Assembly: GCA_032718475.1 (NCBI GenBank)
Contig: JAUCBJ010006705.1
Coordinates: 1 to 64,000, forward strand
DNA: 64,000 bases
Source: Nemertoderma westbladi
Lineage: Eukaryota > Animalia > Xenacoelomorpha
Direction: 5' to 3'
Under the pieces are notes generated by a model. That model was given only the letters and a program-made list of their open reading frames with translations, was not told where the DNA came from and did no database searches. A program made the position numbers and the translations under genes. Shown here in pieces: positions 1-11,979 of the stretch (its first letter is position 1; each line of letters starts with the position of its first letter).

Positions 1-107
1 ATAAACTGATTTTGTGATACAGTCGCACAATTTTAATTTGTATCTCATAACTGGGCCTCGTGCTGCGCGAAGGCCCCACGAACGTGTTATTAAATCCGTT
101 GATATTC

Positions 108-916
108 TCAAATCAGAGTAAATTCTGGAGACATTAGAATGTCGTCAGTAACCAATTGGAAGAATTTATTGGAATTCGCTGCTAGATACCGAGTATTGAG
201 AGGGAAGTGAATAGTTTGTGAGCAGGCATCCGCATAGAGCCCCTTAAAACCATCCTGTGGAAGAGATTCATCTTTCTCGAATTCGAGATTACCTTCGAAG
301 TTTGGAAATCTACTGCCACTTCCAAATTGTAATATCTCCGCAAGAAATAAGTATTTCCTGATGGTGTCTTCAAAATCCGTCTTTAGGTAGTCGGAATCAC
401 ATGATGGTATATGAGGTTGATTATTTCCAATTTTAACGAGAAAACGTTGAAATTTGAAGGCCATTTGAGTTTCTCTTTCATGTTCAACAGTCCCTGGGTG
501 TGATTTATACACAGGCTCAAAACAGTTCTTTACATCTTCTGCAGAAATAACTCTTTGTGTTAATAACGCCTTGGCATCCTCGGGATGCTGCTTTAACACA
601 TCAAACACACCAAACAATTTCAACCCTTTCCTGAAATTATATATTTCTTCGGCAGTCGAACTAACTAATATATGTTTATAAACAAGCTGCAGAAAACTAT
701 GCTTTTCTTGAATATCAAAATCAGCGGTTGCTATTCCCATATCAAACCGTTCCTCAAATAGGCCTAAGTTAGCCTTAAAATCTTGCAGAGTAATGGAATT
801 CACAATTGCTTTAATTTTACTGAGTCGATCATCATCTGCAGGAAGTTCTTCAAAATTGGAAGTATGGGGGATTTCCAGTACAGCAGCAGCTAGTGTCGGA
901 GACAAACAATGTGGAC
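108..916 (-). CDS. Terminal exon encoding the C-terminal part of a HECT E3 ubiquitin-ligase domain (G2E3-like)
   Basis: HECT-like motifs: IYNFRKGLKLFGVFDVLKQHP, LAEILQFGSGS..P and the catalytic-Cys region YADACSQTIHFP. A phase-1 acceptor (tttaccag|GT CCA CAT TGT) at 916 extends the ORF to GPHCLSP. Stop at 108. Upstream exons not found. Confidence 0.7.
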
Positions 917-924
917 CTGGTAAA

Positions 925-1379
925 TTATTAATAATTTATAATTATTTATTTATAATTAATTAATTATAATAATTCGCCTAAAGGCGAAAGGCCTCCATTG
1001 TCCATTCTGCCAGTTCAAATTTCCCTCTCTGCTGTTTTTGGCCCAAACGGCAAGATAAAAAAACATACCATTACAACTTTTGGCCCAAACGGCAAGATAA
1101 AAAACATACCATTATAACTTTTTAATATAATATGTTTTTTTTATTTTTGGCCCAAATGGCGCCCCATACATTGACGCCTATTCCGCAAACCTAATCTTCC
1201 CAGATGAAACTGGTACTCATTTAGCTAACAATTAAGGATGCAAGAGATGCACCCTGGCTAGTCCCTTTAAAGCATCGTGCCGAAACGAAAACTGCCCTAG
1301 CCCCATGCGGGAATCGAACCCACGACCTCTGAGAGACTTGAATTCAAGGCAACGTATTAAACCACTACACCAAGGTGGG
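925..1379 (-). mobile_element. tRNA-derived SINE
   Basis: On the minus strand: A box TGGTGTAGTGG (1372-1362), B box GGTTCGATTCC (1320-1310), a central segment CATCCTT...TAAATGAGTACCAG resembling conserved SINE core domains, and an AT-rich (ATT/AAT) tail at ~975-925. Internal ~45-bp duplication at 1036-1120. Confidence 0.7.
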
Positions 1380-2265
1380 ATGGGAATATTTGTTTGTTTA
1401 TAGCTCTCTTTTTAGTTAATCATTGAAACTGTTATAGAGAGGCATGGATAACTCAACACGCAGCGAAATATTTGGAAATAAACTATATTGTCTTTGATTG
1501 TTTGTTTGTTAATGTTGTCTAGTAACCACCATGTTTCTCCAAGTCTAATTACATCTATTTTATCTAAGTACATCTACAGTATTATGATTTCGGTACACTG
1601 GTACAAGTACACAATAGAGGAATCAGTATAGGCCTAATTAATTTGCAATCATAATAAAGACAGTGAATCATACAGTCTTGCATTCTTACTTTTTATATCA
1701 AGCGAGTTAATGTAATGGAACAATGCCTGGCATGTAAGCATACTCAAATTATAAATATATATTACGAGTTGGCCAACTGCATCGTGTCACCGAAGTCCCT
1801 GTAGCATCAAACACTTCTGCTACTCCTAAGGTTAGTACTGCCACGTAACTATCTCATACTCGCTCGCAACCAACAACGGCCCGCAAAGAACTATTCCCAC
1901 CTGTGAATACGAATGTTTATGAACCAACACCATACCATCTGTTTAATTATTACGGGCGTTGAACATAGCGAATCCACAGCCGGCTCCACTGACCCGACCC
2001 CGGTCAGACTGCAGTTTGCACCCAGATTTTCCTTTGCAACTCGACCGCCGCGCTGGGGTTTTCATTCCTGACACACCTTCTTCGCGCACCCGGTCGAGAA
2101 CAGCACAGGACTCAGTTAACCACAATCTGCGAGGTAAGAGTAATTCTAGACTTAACGCCATCCCACAGTCACCCCCTATAGCTGTTAAACCTCCTGATCC
2201 CCCGGCATCCCAGGTGGGTAGCGTCATCTGTAGATGGTGTTTCTGTTGAGAATATTATTTCTGGC

Positions 2266-3585
2266 TTGCACAGAGCATTTCGAAGGGTCAATGTAGATAA
2301 CCTTGATGAGGATGTGCGCCCTAATATCACCCCAGCACAGCAGTTGGCTCTCAAACAGCTCCGAAATAACAAGAATTTAGCATTCCTTAAAGGAGACAAA
2401 ACTGGTAATATTATTTTATTGGATAAATCTGCTAAGGAATATGAGATCCTTCGAATCTTGGGTGATAAGAAAACATATGAGAAACTACGCAAAGACCCTA
2501 CTGCACGTTTTCGTGGTGAGTGCCGATCGTTATTAGATTCCCTTGCTATTGGGAACCAACGGCTTTGCCATCACCTCTTCCCTAATACCTTCACTACAGG
2601 CCATATCTTTATAACTCTTAAAGACCATAAACTACGTGACGAGTTGGTAACCCACCCTAATGGTAGACCTATTATATCTAATTCGGACGCATTTTTTAAA
2701 CCTTTATCCAAAATGATGCACCACTACAACAAACACACACAAACCATGCCTACAACAACTAATAATTCCCATTTTACTTTAGTCACTATTGATGTAATCG
2801 ACATGTTTACCGTCATCCCTCATGAATTGGGTATTGAGGCTACCATGCATGCACCTTCTGAGGATACAACATTATCTGAACATTCTACTCAACTCGCAGC
2901 AATTTTACGGTTTCTTCTATACCACAACTTTTTCTTTTACCAGAATATGTACTACCTGCAAATCGCAGGTGCACCTACGGGCGGTCACCACAGTAGTGAT
3001 TATTCTATAATCAGTTCATACAAAGTACTCAAGAGGGCGATAACTATTTCGCTACGGACTCCTTCATTCTTTCGTACTCTGGTGGATGATAGTTTCGCCA
3101 TTTACAATGAGCGACTAACCGATGAGCCTTTCGAGTTCATGAAGATTGCATTCAACTCAGCTTGTAGGAATCTATATAATAGTGATGCCATCCAATTTAC
3201 TATGGAGTACTCCCATGCTAGTGTCGACTACCTTGATCTTATGATTGCTACTAATGCCTGCACACTTAGAACTTGTTTATTTAGAAAACCAATGGCTAAT
3301 AATAAACTACCTATTATGTACTCTCGTTTCCACCATAAACTGACGTTACAGGCAGTGGTGAAATCGGAAAATTTGCGTATTCGCCGTTTAACTGACTCAA
3401 ACTATTTGTTCACATGTTATAAACACCAGTACCTCGAGTTGTGTGAGAATCGAGGCTATCCGCTGGATTCCCACCTCTCCCTCCAATGCGTCGAACCCAA
3501 CACCTCTTGGTCCAGTGCCGATCACGCACCAGCCGTATTTACCAACGGAGGCGAATGGTTCATCAACACCCCAAAATTTAAGTAA
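2266..3585 (+). pseudogene. Penelope-like reverse transcriptase, degenerate
   Basis: Motifs KGDKTGNIILLD, GRPIISNS, LVTIDVIDMFTVIPH, YYLQIAGAPTGG, RTLVDD, VDYLDL and LFRKP. The PIIS-to-LVTID spacing looks short (internal deletion), and the frame shifts before the endonuclease. Confidence 0.85.
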
Positions 3586-3596
3586 GACTACAGCGA

Positions 3597-4304
3597 ATGG
3601 GCCAAAATACACCTCTATATATCTCCCTACGACCCCACAGTTCCGTTATCCGCAAAGATAATGCTGACTTGCGTTCGCTAGGTATTAGTGTCCAAATGGT
3701 GCCGCGTAAGCTCCCAAAGTTAGGAAAACTGTTAATCACCAAGTCCGAGCCAACTCTGCCTCTTGGTAACCACTCTTGCAATGGGCCTCGTTGCAAATGC
3801 TGCTCGGCCATTCTAGACCAGCGCCAGACACCATGGGGTGACCCCATCCATGGGAGATTTAACTGCAAATCATTTAATGCGATTTATTTTATTAAATGTA
3901 AACTGCATCCACACTTGTGGTACCTCGGTCAGACAGAACAGCGTTTACATGAGCACCTCCGAGGTCACCGTAGTGCCATAAATGACGCTGCTGGCAAGGG
4001 GCTAGGAGTCGATTTATCGAGTCCTGAAGTCTTGCTACTGCAACACTTTGTTATTTGTGGGATCGGTGCGCTCAATATTACATGTTCTAAAAGGTTTACT
4101 AACCACGAGCGTAGGATTCATTCTGAAGCGGTTCTAATTAACTTGCATCGCCCCCCACTCAACACTGTAGTTCCCATTGTTTTGTTAACTATGTGGCTCG
4201 CCCCACATGCCCGCCTTTATGATAATTTAAACTTCAGTCATACAACTATTATTTGCTTTTGTATAGTTGGTCCCCTCTGGATATTTACCCTATGGCGTAG
4301 TTAG
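3597..4304 (+). pseudogene. GIY-YIG endonuclease of the Penelope-like element
   Basis: CNGPRCKCC linker, then FNCKSFNAIYFIKC...YLGQTEQRLHEHLRGH...SEAVLI...PLN, typical of Neptune-type PLE endonucleases. Confidence 0.85.
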
Positions 4305-4341
4305 TATTACTTAATCATACTGTTAGTTCTCTGTACAAATT

Positions 4342-5565
4342 TAAACTTCATATATTTGTGTATATCCGGGATCCCAATGAAATAAACGAGCATAAACTTC
4401 ATATATTTGTGTATATCCGGGATCCCAATGAAATAAACGAGCATAAACTTCATATATTTGTGTATATCCGGGATCCCAATGAAATAAACGTGCATAAACT
4501 TCATATATTTGTGTATATCCGGGATCCCAATGAAATAAACGTGCATAAACTTCATATATTTGTGTATATCCGGGATCCCAATGAAATAAACGAGCATAAA
4601 CTTCATATATTTGTGTATATCCGGGATCCCAATGAAATAAACGAGCATAAACTTCATATATTTGTGTATATCCGGGATCCCAATGAAATAAACGAGCATA
4701 AACTTCATATATTTGTGTATATCCGGGATCCCAATGAAATAAACGAGCATAAACTTCATATATTTGTGTATATCCGGGATCCCAATGAAATAAACGAGCA
4801 TAAACTTCATATATTTGTGTATATCCGGGATCCCAATGAAATAAACGAGCATAAACTTCATATATTTGTGTATATCCGGGATCCCAATGAAATAAACGTG
4901 CATAAACTTCATATATTTGTGTATATCCGGGATCCCAATGAAATAAACGAGCATAAACTTCATATATTTGTGTATATCCGGGATCCCAATGAAATAAACG
5001 AGCATAAACTTCATATATTTGTGTATATCCGGGATCCCAATGAAATAAACGAGCATAAACTTCATATATTTGTGTATATCCGGGATCCCAATGAAATAAA
5101 CGTGCATAAACTTCATATATTTGTGTATATCCGGGATCCCAATGAAATAAACGTGCATAAACTTCATATATTTGTGTATATCCGGGATCCCAATGAAATA
5201 AACGTGCATAAACTTCATATATTTGTGTATATCCGGGATCCCAATGAAATAAACGTGCATAAACTTCATATATTTGTGTATATCCGGGATCCCAATGAAA
5301 TAAACGTGCATAAACTTCATATATTTGTGTATATCCGGGATCCCAATGAAATAAACGTGCATAAACTTCATATATTTGTGTATATCCGGGATCCCAATGA
5401 AATAAACGTGCATAAACTTCATATATTTGTGTATATCCGGGATCCCAATGAAATAAACGTGCATAAACTTCATATATTTGTGTATATCCGGGATCCCAAT
5501 GAAATAAACGTGCATAAACTTCATATATTTGTGTATATCCGGGATCCCAATGAAATAAACGAGCA
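4342..5565. repeat. 51-bp minisatellite, 24 copies
   Basis: Unit taaacttcatatatttgtgtatatccgggatcccaatgaaataaacg(a/t)gca. Only the a/t site was seen to vary. Contains the palindrome GGGATCCC. Confidence 0.97.
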
Positions 5566-5976
5566 TGTATGAGCTCAACTGATGATAGTTTTATTTCATT
5601 AATTTTAAAGATTTTATTACTGCTTTTATTTCTGATGTTTTTTATCTGTTTTTATATACATGTCATTCGTATACACTATATCACTGTGTTTTATTATTTC
5701 ATTACCTTTATTTATACGTTTTTATAGATATTCTACTGAATAGCATGATAGTGTATGTACATCATTTGTTTAGTTTTTATTTACTATTATTATTTTAAAT
5801 TTAAAAAAAAAGTTTTTAACATTTTAATTTAGGAGTTAGTTTTGGTGCATTATGAATTTCCGTCAACCAAACCTAATTTCTACCAGTCTGCCACTTTACA
5901 CAGCTAATATCTTTATTCATAGGCTTTGAATTGTTTTTTTTAGTTAAATTTTATTAATATTGTGTTTAAAATAATA

Positions 5977-6019
5977 TAACACTGAAGACGCGCGGGAAGC
6001 GTGAAATAGCTATGTGGTA
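5977..6019 (+). ncRNA. Minimal type-I hammerhead ribozyme-like motif (probably degenerate)
   Basis: TAACA-CTGAAGA-C-GCGC(GGGAA)GCGT-GAAA-TAGCTA-T-G-TGGTA. It has both conserved cores, a 4-bp stem II, a palindromic stem III and a 4/5-bp stem I. The cleavage-site base is G (non-canonical). Confidence 0.6.
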
Positions 6020-6152
6020 AACTAACAATATTTATATTAGCCGTGGCTCAAGACCCTTACTCGTCATATATATTTATAGTTTTTATATATTTCTGAAGAC
6101 TTTATATCACCATTGAGAGCAGTTATAACTTATATTATATATATTAACATAT

Positions 6153-6249
6153 ATGGGTTGTGGAGGGAGCTCTCCGGTAGTGCAGTACACCATAGAAGAC
6201 AAGGAAGAAGAAGAAAACAATGTCCCGGAGGACGTAGATGGCGATGAAG
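6153..6249 (+). CDS. First coding exon of a putative N-myristoylated CAP/SCP-domain (GAPR-1/GLIPR2-like) gene
   Basis: ATG at 6153 reads MGCGGSSPVVQYTIEDKEEEENNVPEDVDGDE (MGxxxS myristoylation motif, Cys3). It ends in a phase-1 donor G|gtaact that matches the phase-1 acceptor at 13759. Confidence 0.7.
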
Positions 6250-6486
6250 GTAACTAATATTGTAGTTCTGTTTGTTTGTTACAAGAAACACCGCATAGGC
6301 TTACAATAGTTAAAAATATGGCCAACAAACCTTTCCGATCTATTGGACAATTTACTATATTGTTAAACTTTTTACTACATTATTATATCTTTTTATTACA
6401 ATATAATTTGTATTTCTAAAAATAACTGCAGTAAATTATGGTGGCCCTGAACCGCCACTGCAAGAAAAAAAAAAATCTAAAGCAAA

Positions 6487-6897
6487 ACAACTTGTCCAGA
6501 CGAGATGTGGTATACAACAACTCGTCTGGACGAGATGTTGTATGCGAACAACTCGTCCGGACGAGATGTTGTATGTGAACAAACTCGTCCGGACGAGATG
6601 TTGGAGTAAGAACTCGTCCGGACAAGTTGTTGTAGCAACATCAACAACTCGTCTGGACAAGATGTTGCAGCAACAACTCGTCCGGACGAGATGTTGTAGC
6701 AACAACTCGTCCAGACGAGGTGTTGTAGCAACAACTCGTCCGGACAAGATGTTGTAGCAACAACTCGTCCGGACAAGAAGTTGTAGCAACAACTCGTCCG
6801 GACAAGATGTTGTAGCAACAACTCGTCCGGACAAGATGTTGTAGCAACAACTCGTCCGGACGAGTTGTTGCTACAACAACTCGTCCGGACGAGATGT
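6487..6897. repeat. ~29-bp palindromic minisatellite (~14 copies), subterminal repeat of the IS3EU-like element
   Basis: Unit caacaactcgtccggacgagatgttgtag containing the perfect palindrome CTCGTCCGGACGAG. Confidence 0.9.
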
Positions 6898-7039
6898 ACA
6901 ATAGTATGTAAATATATGTTTATACTGTATGGAAATTTATGAGTGGAGGCCTATTGTAGGTTGTCACCTTATTACCAGATTAGTGTTGTGTATTTCACTA
7001 CAGGTATCGTAAATACCCTTCTGTTATTACAGAATTCCC

Positions 7040-7484
7040 GTGGTGTTTGCTATGAGTCAGTCAGACTATAATCCTTGCTTTTGCCTATCCAATGTAATTT
7101 TAAATACTGAAGATTTAATATTAATTTATCATTACCTGCGGTACACGGCTAAAGAAATTAAACTAATTTTAAACACCAATCATAGCCTTACTATCTCAAC
7201 CCGTACTATAGAGCGATTCAAATCAAAATTGGTGCTGCGCAGCCGAGATTATGAAACATCACTACAAAGAATCATTGAAAAGACAGCGAAAGAACTCTTC
7301 GAGTTTGGGGGTTCCCATTGTGGATATAGAGCAATGCGACAAAGATTGTGGAGCCGTCATTGTATTAACATTTCCAAAGAAACCATGCGTGTTGTACTTA
7401 AGTGCTTAGACCCCGAAGGAGTCGACTACAGACTCATAAAATCACTTAGACGACGGAGTCTTTTTTATTCAGACGGTCCGAATC
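7040..7484 (+). pseudogene. N-terminal part of an IS3EU-like DDE transposase
   Basis: ISTRTIER, CGYRAMRQRL, LDPEGVDYR...LRRR..YSDGPN. The expected WHxDG catalytic segment is missing because TGTAAAGG (LTR start) follows directly. Confidence 0.8.
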
Positions 7485-8350
7485 TGTAAAGGCTTTTGCG
7501 GAATTAGCTAGTCATTTTCCCCGCAAAGTGCTCTGTAGGTGTTTTAGCAGACATAAAAAGCCGTTTCCTTACTGTACCGGTGTTTTAGTGGACATAAAAA
7601 GCCATTTCTTCTGTATGTGTACTTTAGCGGACATAACTAGCGATTTTATGTCGCAATACGCCAAAATACTCTTGATACAGTTTAGTTCAGATGACGACAT
7701 CTATCAGCTGATATGTCGATGTGGAGCTTTTTGGCTTTCTTTGTTCAGGCTCACTCACTCGACCAATCAGAGCGATTTTCATTTTATTTGTACAGAAGCC
7801 TCCGGGAAATCGCGCAATGCATTATGGTCTTTGTTTACCTTTTTTCCTGAGCCCAGAACATCGGCTGTGGAATTATTCTGTGTTTCAGACTTTAGCCAAA
7901 CATTAGAACGGCTTTGATTATAGAAACGTATAACTGTTATCACAAATCAACTCATAATTTGTATCTATCTACCACCTATCATATCATAACTATACGTACC
8001 TTTCACCGCATTATTTTACTGCTATTTACTGTCGGTTATTAATTGTTATCAGTTGATGGATATATTTGGAGAATATCGATAAATAATCATAAAACCCCAA
8101 TCTTCTTGATATACAAAAGGTTAGAGAGACTGGTTACATATAGCAATTGCGACTTACATTATAGTGGTTTTGGAGTGAATTGAATGCTATTTCATAGACC
8201 CTACATGTGTCAGTTGCTGTTCTCTTTATATATGACTAAAATTAGTGAAGGTCGGCAGATCAGTGTGCAGCAGTGTGCGGTAGTGTGCATGAGTGTGATA
8301 GATAACAAAGCATTTCCTAAAGAATGCGCTTTATACGTAAATCATTAGCC
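7485..8350 (+). mobile_element. Diverged LTR related to the LTRs of the BEL element at 32812-51479 (its first ~830 nt)
   Basis: Starts TGTAAAGGCTTTTGCG versus TGTAAAAGCTTTTGCG in the BEL LTR. Collinear shared blocks: gaccaatcagagcg, cttcttgatata..aaggttagagagac, ttagtgaaggtcggcagat and cctaaagaatgcgc, ending at tagcc ~8350. Confidence 0.9.
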
Positions 8351-8360
8351 ATATATAATT

Positions 8361-11230
8361 ATGGATTACGGAAACAATGATGGCCGTGTTCCCAAATTCC
8401 GGATGAAAGATCTTGATCCATCCCATATCCATGCAACGAACCCCTTCCCACAAGCCCAGGTCCCGGTCAATAACTTATCCAGTGTGACACTTAACGAAAA
8501 CCAATTGAACCTGCTAGGGTTAGGGTTTAACTTCATCCCGTTTTATGGTCTCACCGAAGCAGACCGCGTAGAAGCGAGAGTCGACATATCCACGGCGGCA
8601 TCAAAACTCCGCTATAAGAGACGCGACTTATGCAACATGGGACAGACACGCCTCTCCAAACCAAACACTCCACGCGCAACGCGCCCCCCACCATCCCCAC
8701 TCACCCGATGCCACAACCCCAACCCTCCCTTAAAAATGCAGCAGCAATGCAGCATGCCGATCCTAGTAGTATATTCACCATTCCATGCAGCACAAGGTCT
8801 TCAGCACCAAGCAACCATGCATCTTTGGCAAACCCGCTGAAACCACTTGTGCTATCACTGATGTTCCGATTTTAAAGACACCCTACTTTGGAAACGTTAT
8901 GTGTGAATGGTGAATTAGTTCCCCCTTCCTGCACTCGTGCCGACGTAATTCGAGAAAGGGTCCATGGCATAAATGTATCGCGTCGCCCTTTACATTATCC
9001 TTTCTACGGAATCAAAGACCATCCTTGGTTTGTGATGCTCAAACAAAACTACGTCATATAACCAGAACACCCTGGATGGGACATGCGATTCTTGCCATTG
9101 GTGAACCCTTTGGACCTCGTAGAATTGGAGGCTTTACATCAACATTTAGATTATTTGGTGAAATTAAACTCATTTAAAAAAAACGTATAATATAGTAACA
9201 ATAGAAGCCAGTTCACATCCACCCTTTAACTTGGAGACGTTTATGGATTACCATCGCCTCGTACACTGGAACTTATATATAACTATATATAAATAGAATA
9301 ATTTGAAATATATCAAACCAAATGCAAATACTAATGAAATGCCTAGCTATGAATCTATAAGAATAGAGCATGGAGAACCTGGTTCGTTGGATACTTTATG
9401 GAAGCCAGTAGAACTGACCACCGAAGTGGCTAATGCTGAATGGTTACATACAGTTAATGCTATTCACAGTCACGACGTTATGATTTACGACAACGAAGGC
9501 TCAGTGCCAGATCATGAGCTCGGTTGAACTCGGTTGATTTATATCCGTGGCCTCACTAGAACCACGCACGTTTTTACGCGTACTTGTGGCAGCACCAACA
9601 GCGTTTTCCCAGCCTTGACAGCCTATCAACGCCGTGCGAGACATCAACAGTTTGTTAAAGCATTGGCTTATGTTAATGACACGAACCGACACCCGGCCAT
9701 GGAAATAGATGCAGCATTAGCCGCGACCCGTACTGGACATCCTCTTGGACGAATCAGTTTATAAACTCGGTTCAGCCATATATTGGGATTTGACAGACAA
9801 TTTCCCTATCGTCCATGACATACCATATCCCTTTGTCGACACCCAAGTCATCCTTCCTTGGGCGCAATCCTGTGGCATTTTCCGGGTTATGTATCAACGC
9901 TACACCAATGATACATATAGCAGAGTTGACCGTACGTCCTCTGGCCACATTGCGTTTCAAGAGTATGGTTGGAACTTTAAAGAAACCGATCGCGAGACGT
10001 ATTCCAAAGTATGGTGATTCATATTCACCTTATTACTTTCAAGGACCACTCACCGCCCCTGGCGCTGTATATAGCTCTATGAGCGTTCCCTTGCACCCCT
10101 CATTAGCGATATACCTCATATTTGAAAACCAAGCATTATCAGGATGGCTTGTGGATGTCTGGAGCCGCACGCTGAGAGCACACCCATTGTTGTTGGGAAC
10201 ACAACTCGCCAAACTCGATGAACTTGGTAAATTCCTGAACACATTTCCTAACCCTTTTCGCCAACATTGATGGTCAGTTTCGCATGAAATCACTGTCTCA
10301 GTGAGAGCTACGTCGCTCCGCAGCGGATGAGCTAGCCAGCAGTAGATTTGCTATATTCCGAGACGTACGTATTTCCAATCTCCATCAATCGGTGATCGAG
10401 AGACCCATTATTAAACCTGGTTTCTCGGTTGGACAAGTACAGACTGATGTTATGGATCAAGCGGAGGAACCAATCCACCTAGAAGTGACCTCAGTAGCCG
10501 CCCCTGTCATGCTCACCCCTGACAATGAGTCCGCCTTGATTGATTGGTATCGCGGGACCGAGTGGTTCACGGTTTGAGGTTTCCGCTATGTGTTATTTCG
10601 TAAACATGTCCATTGTGCGAATTGCGGTCTTCGCACACACAAGGCTCACACCTAACCTGGAGTCCTTTGTGAGCACCTCACTGATAATTGTATCGAACTT
10701 TATTGTCCCTACTGCCGTGTTAATAACGACCATATCTTCTTCTCCTGTTTGATCTTTGCTACCCATTGCGAACTTTGCCAACTCAAGGTAGTCCAAACTG
10801 CCCCTTTGGCCCCGACATCGAGATAGAAGATGAAACAAATGTCACCCAACATATTAGATCGTTGGAAGGATGCGCAGATCTCAATGCGATTACCATGTCC
10901 CGATACGCCGCAGCGAAAGCTCACCTCGGTGTATACGCATTTGCCCCCTTCACCTGCGCAACAGATATTCGGTGTGCTCGGCTACTGAGTTATGAGCTCC
11001 TCAACCGTGTAGCCTCCTGTACAAATACCCGCTTCATCCAACGCTTCCTTCGAGAGATACATCCAGAGTGCATGACGTCCTATGACATAATAAAGTTTAT
11101 TAGTGACTCTCCACTTTATGGTTCACAGTTCCTGGAAGTATATTCCGAGCTGCTCCCACAGGTCAAGTTTTCAGTGAACACGCTCAATGCAAAAGACCAA
11201 TTCTCCACACTCATGCTGATCATTTGCTAA
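8361..11230 (+). pseudogene. Decayed homolog of the BEL accessory gene (DEDDy exonuclease + zinc knuckles), with a Penelope-like N-terminal segment
   Basis: Frameshifted or stop-broken fragments match 34050-38303: FYGIKDHP, FLPLVNPLDLVELE, RLVHWNL, YDNEGSVP..ELG, IPYPFVDTQ, GHIAFQEYGWNFK, GPLTAPGAVYS.MSVPLHPSLAIY, AHPLLLGTQLAKLDE and SYELLNRV. Confidence 0.9.
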
Positions 11231-11979
11231 GTTTTCTAAGTTTATTAGTTTAGCCTTTCTATGTTTTTCCCTATGACAAGATAGATTGTCTTGTCTGATT
11301 TCTTTATTACAAACCAAACATCTTTCATCTCTATGCATTATATAGCAATCTCAATTGATAGTATTGAATTTTCGCTAAATGATTTTACAAAATTTTAAAT
11401 AAATAAAACTTTTATGAGGATGAAATGGAATGCGGTGAACGGGCTATTATAAAGGGAGGTTAGAATGGATTATCCAATCAGAGCGCGAGGGTGAGTTAGG
11501 CAGCCAATGAGAGAGCCAGAGCAGATGCGAGTACACGCTTAATTTCTTTACCCGTTTTTCGTTTCAGTGGTAAAACCCATACATGGTGAGATAACGTCAC
11601 ACTAACTCTCAAGGATAGTTATACTCACCATTCAAATATCCCTCGCAAACCAGATTCCCCCAGCATCTAAAGTATTCCACTTCAGTGCAAAATATATAGA
11701 GCTTTAGTTGGATTTGAACCTGCGCTTGCAAACTCTTTTGTAATGTTAAGAAGAGTGAACCAACAGAGGCAACCTGAAGTCTAATCTCTTGGCCTTTACT
11801 CATAAGACAGCGCATTAACTCCCAAGGTTGCATACTATCACTAGCTGGGAGATTAAAAGCTAGTGTATAATAAAGCCAGCAAAGAGCTAGGAAAAAAGAA
11901 TAATGCTATTCTAGGGTTCGACCTCACGACCTTCTAAGTAGAAAACTAAGCAAATGATCAGCTTGAAGCTTGAAGCTTA

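Larger units (their letters stand above)
1750..6070 (+). mobile_element. Decayed Penelope-like retroelement (GIY-YIG-containing, Neptune-type); boundaries approximate
   Basis: RT followed by a Cys-rich linker and GIY-YIG endonuclease, then a long AT-rich 3' region containing a hammerhead-like motif. Confidence 0.75.
6437..7484 (+). mobile_element. Left arm of an IS3EU-type DNA transposon, truncated by an LTR insertion
   Basis: Starts TATGGTGGCCCTG (TAYGG-type terminus), followed by a subterminal palindromic minisatellite and a transposase N-terminus. The right end is not seen. Confidence 0.65.

Noticed and set aside
1290-1379. Functional tRNA gene
   Set aside because: A and B boxes are present, but there is no clean cloverleaf and the sequence runs into a SINE body and tail.
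4307-5578. ORFs on both strands through the 51-bp array
   Set aside because: A by-product of a stop-free unit whose length is divisible by three; no protein-like features.
6153-7040. MGCGGSS exon spliced to the IS3EU transposase
   Set aside because: The acceptors at 6979, 7004 and 7033 give a stop or the wrong frame with a phase-1 donor, whereas the acceptor at 13759 fits.
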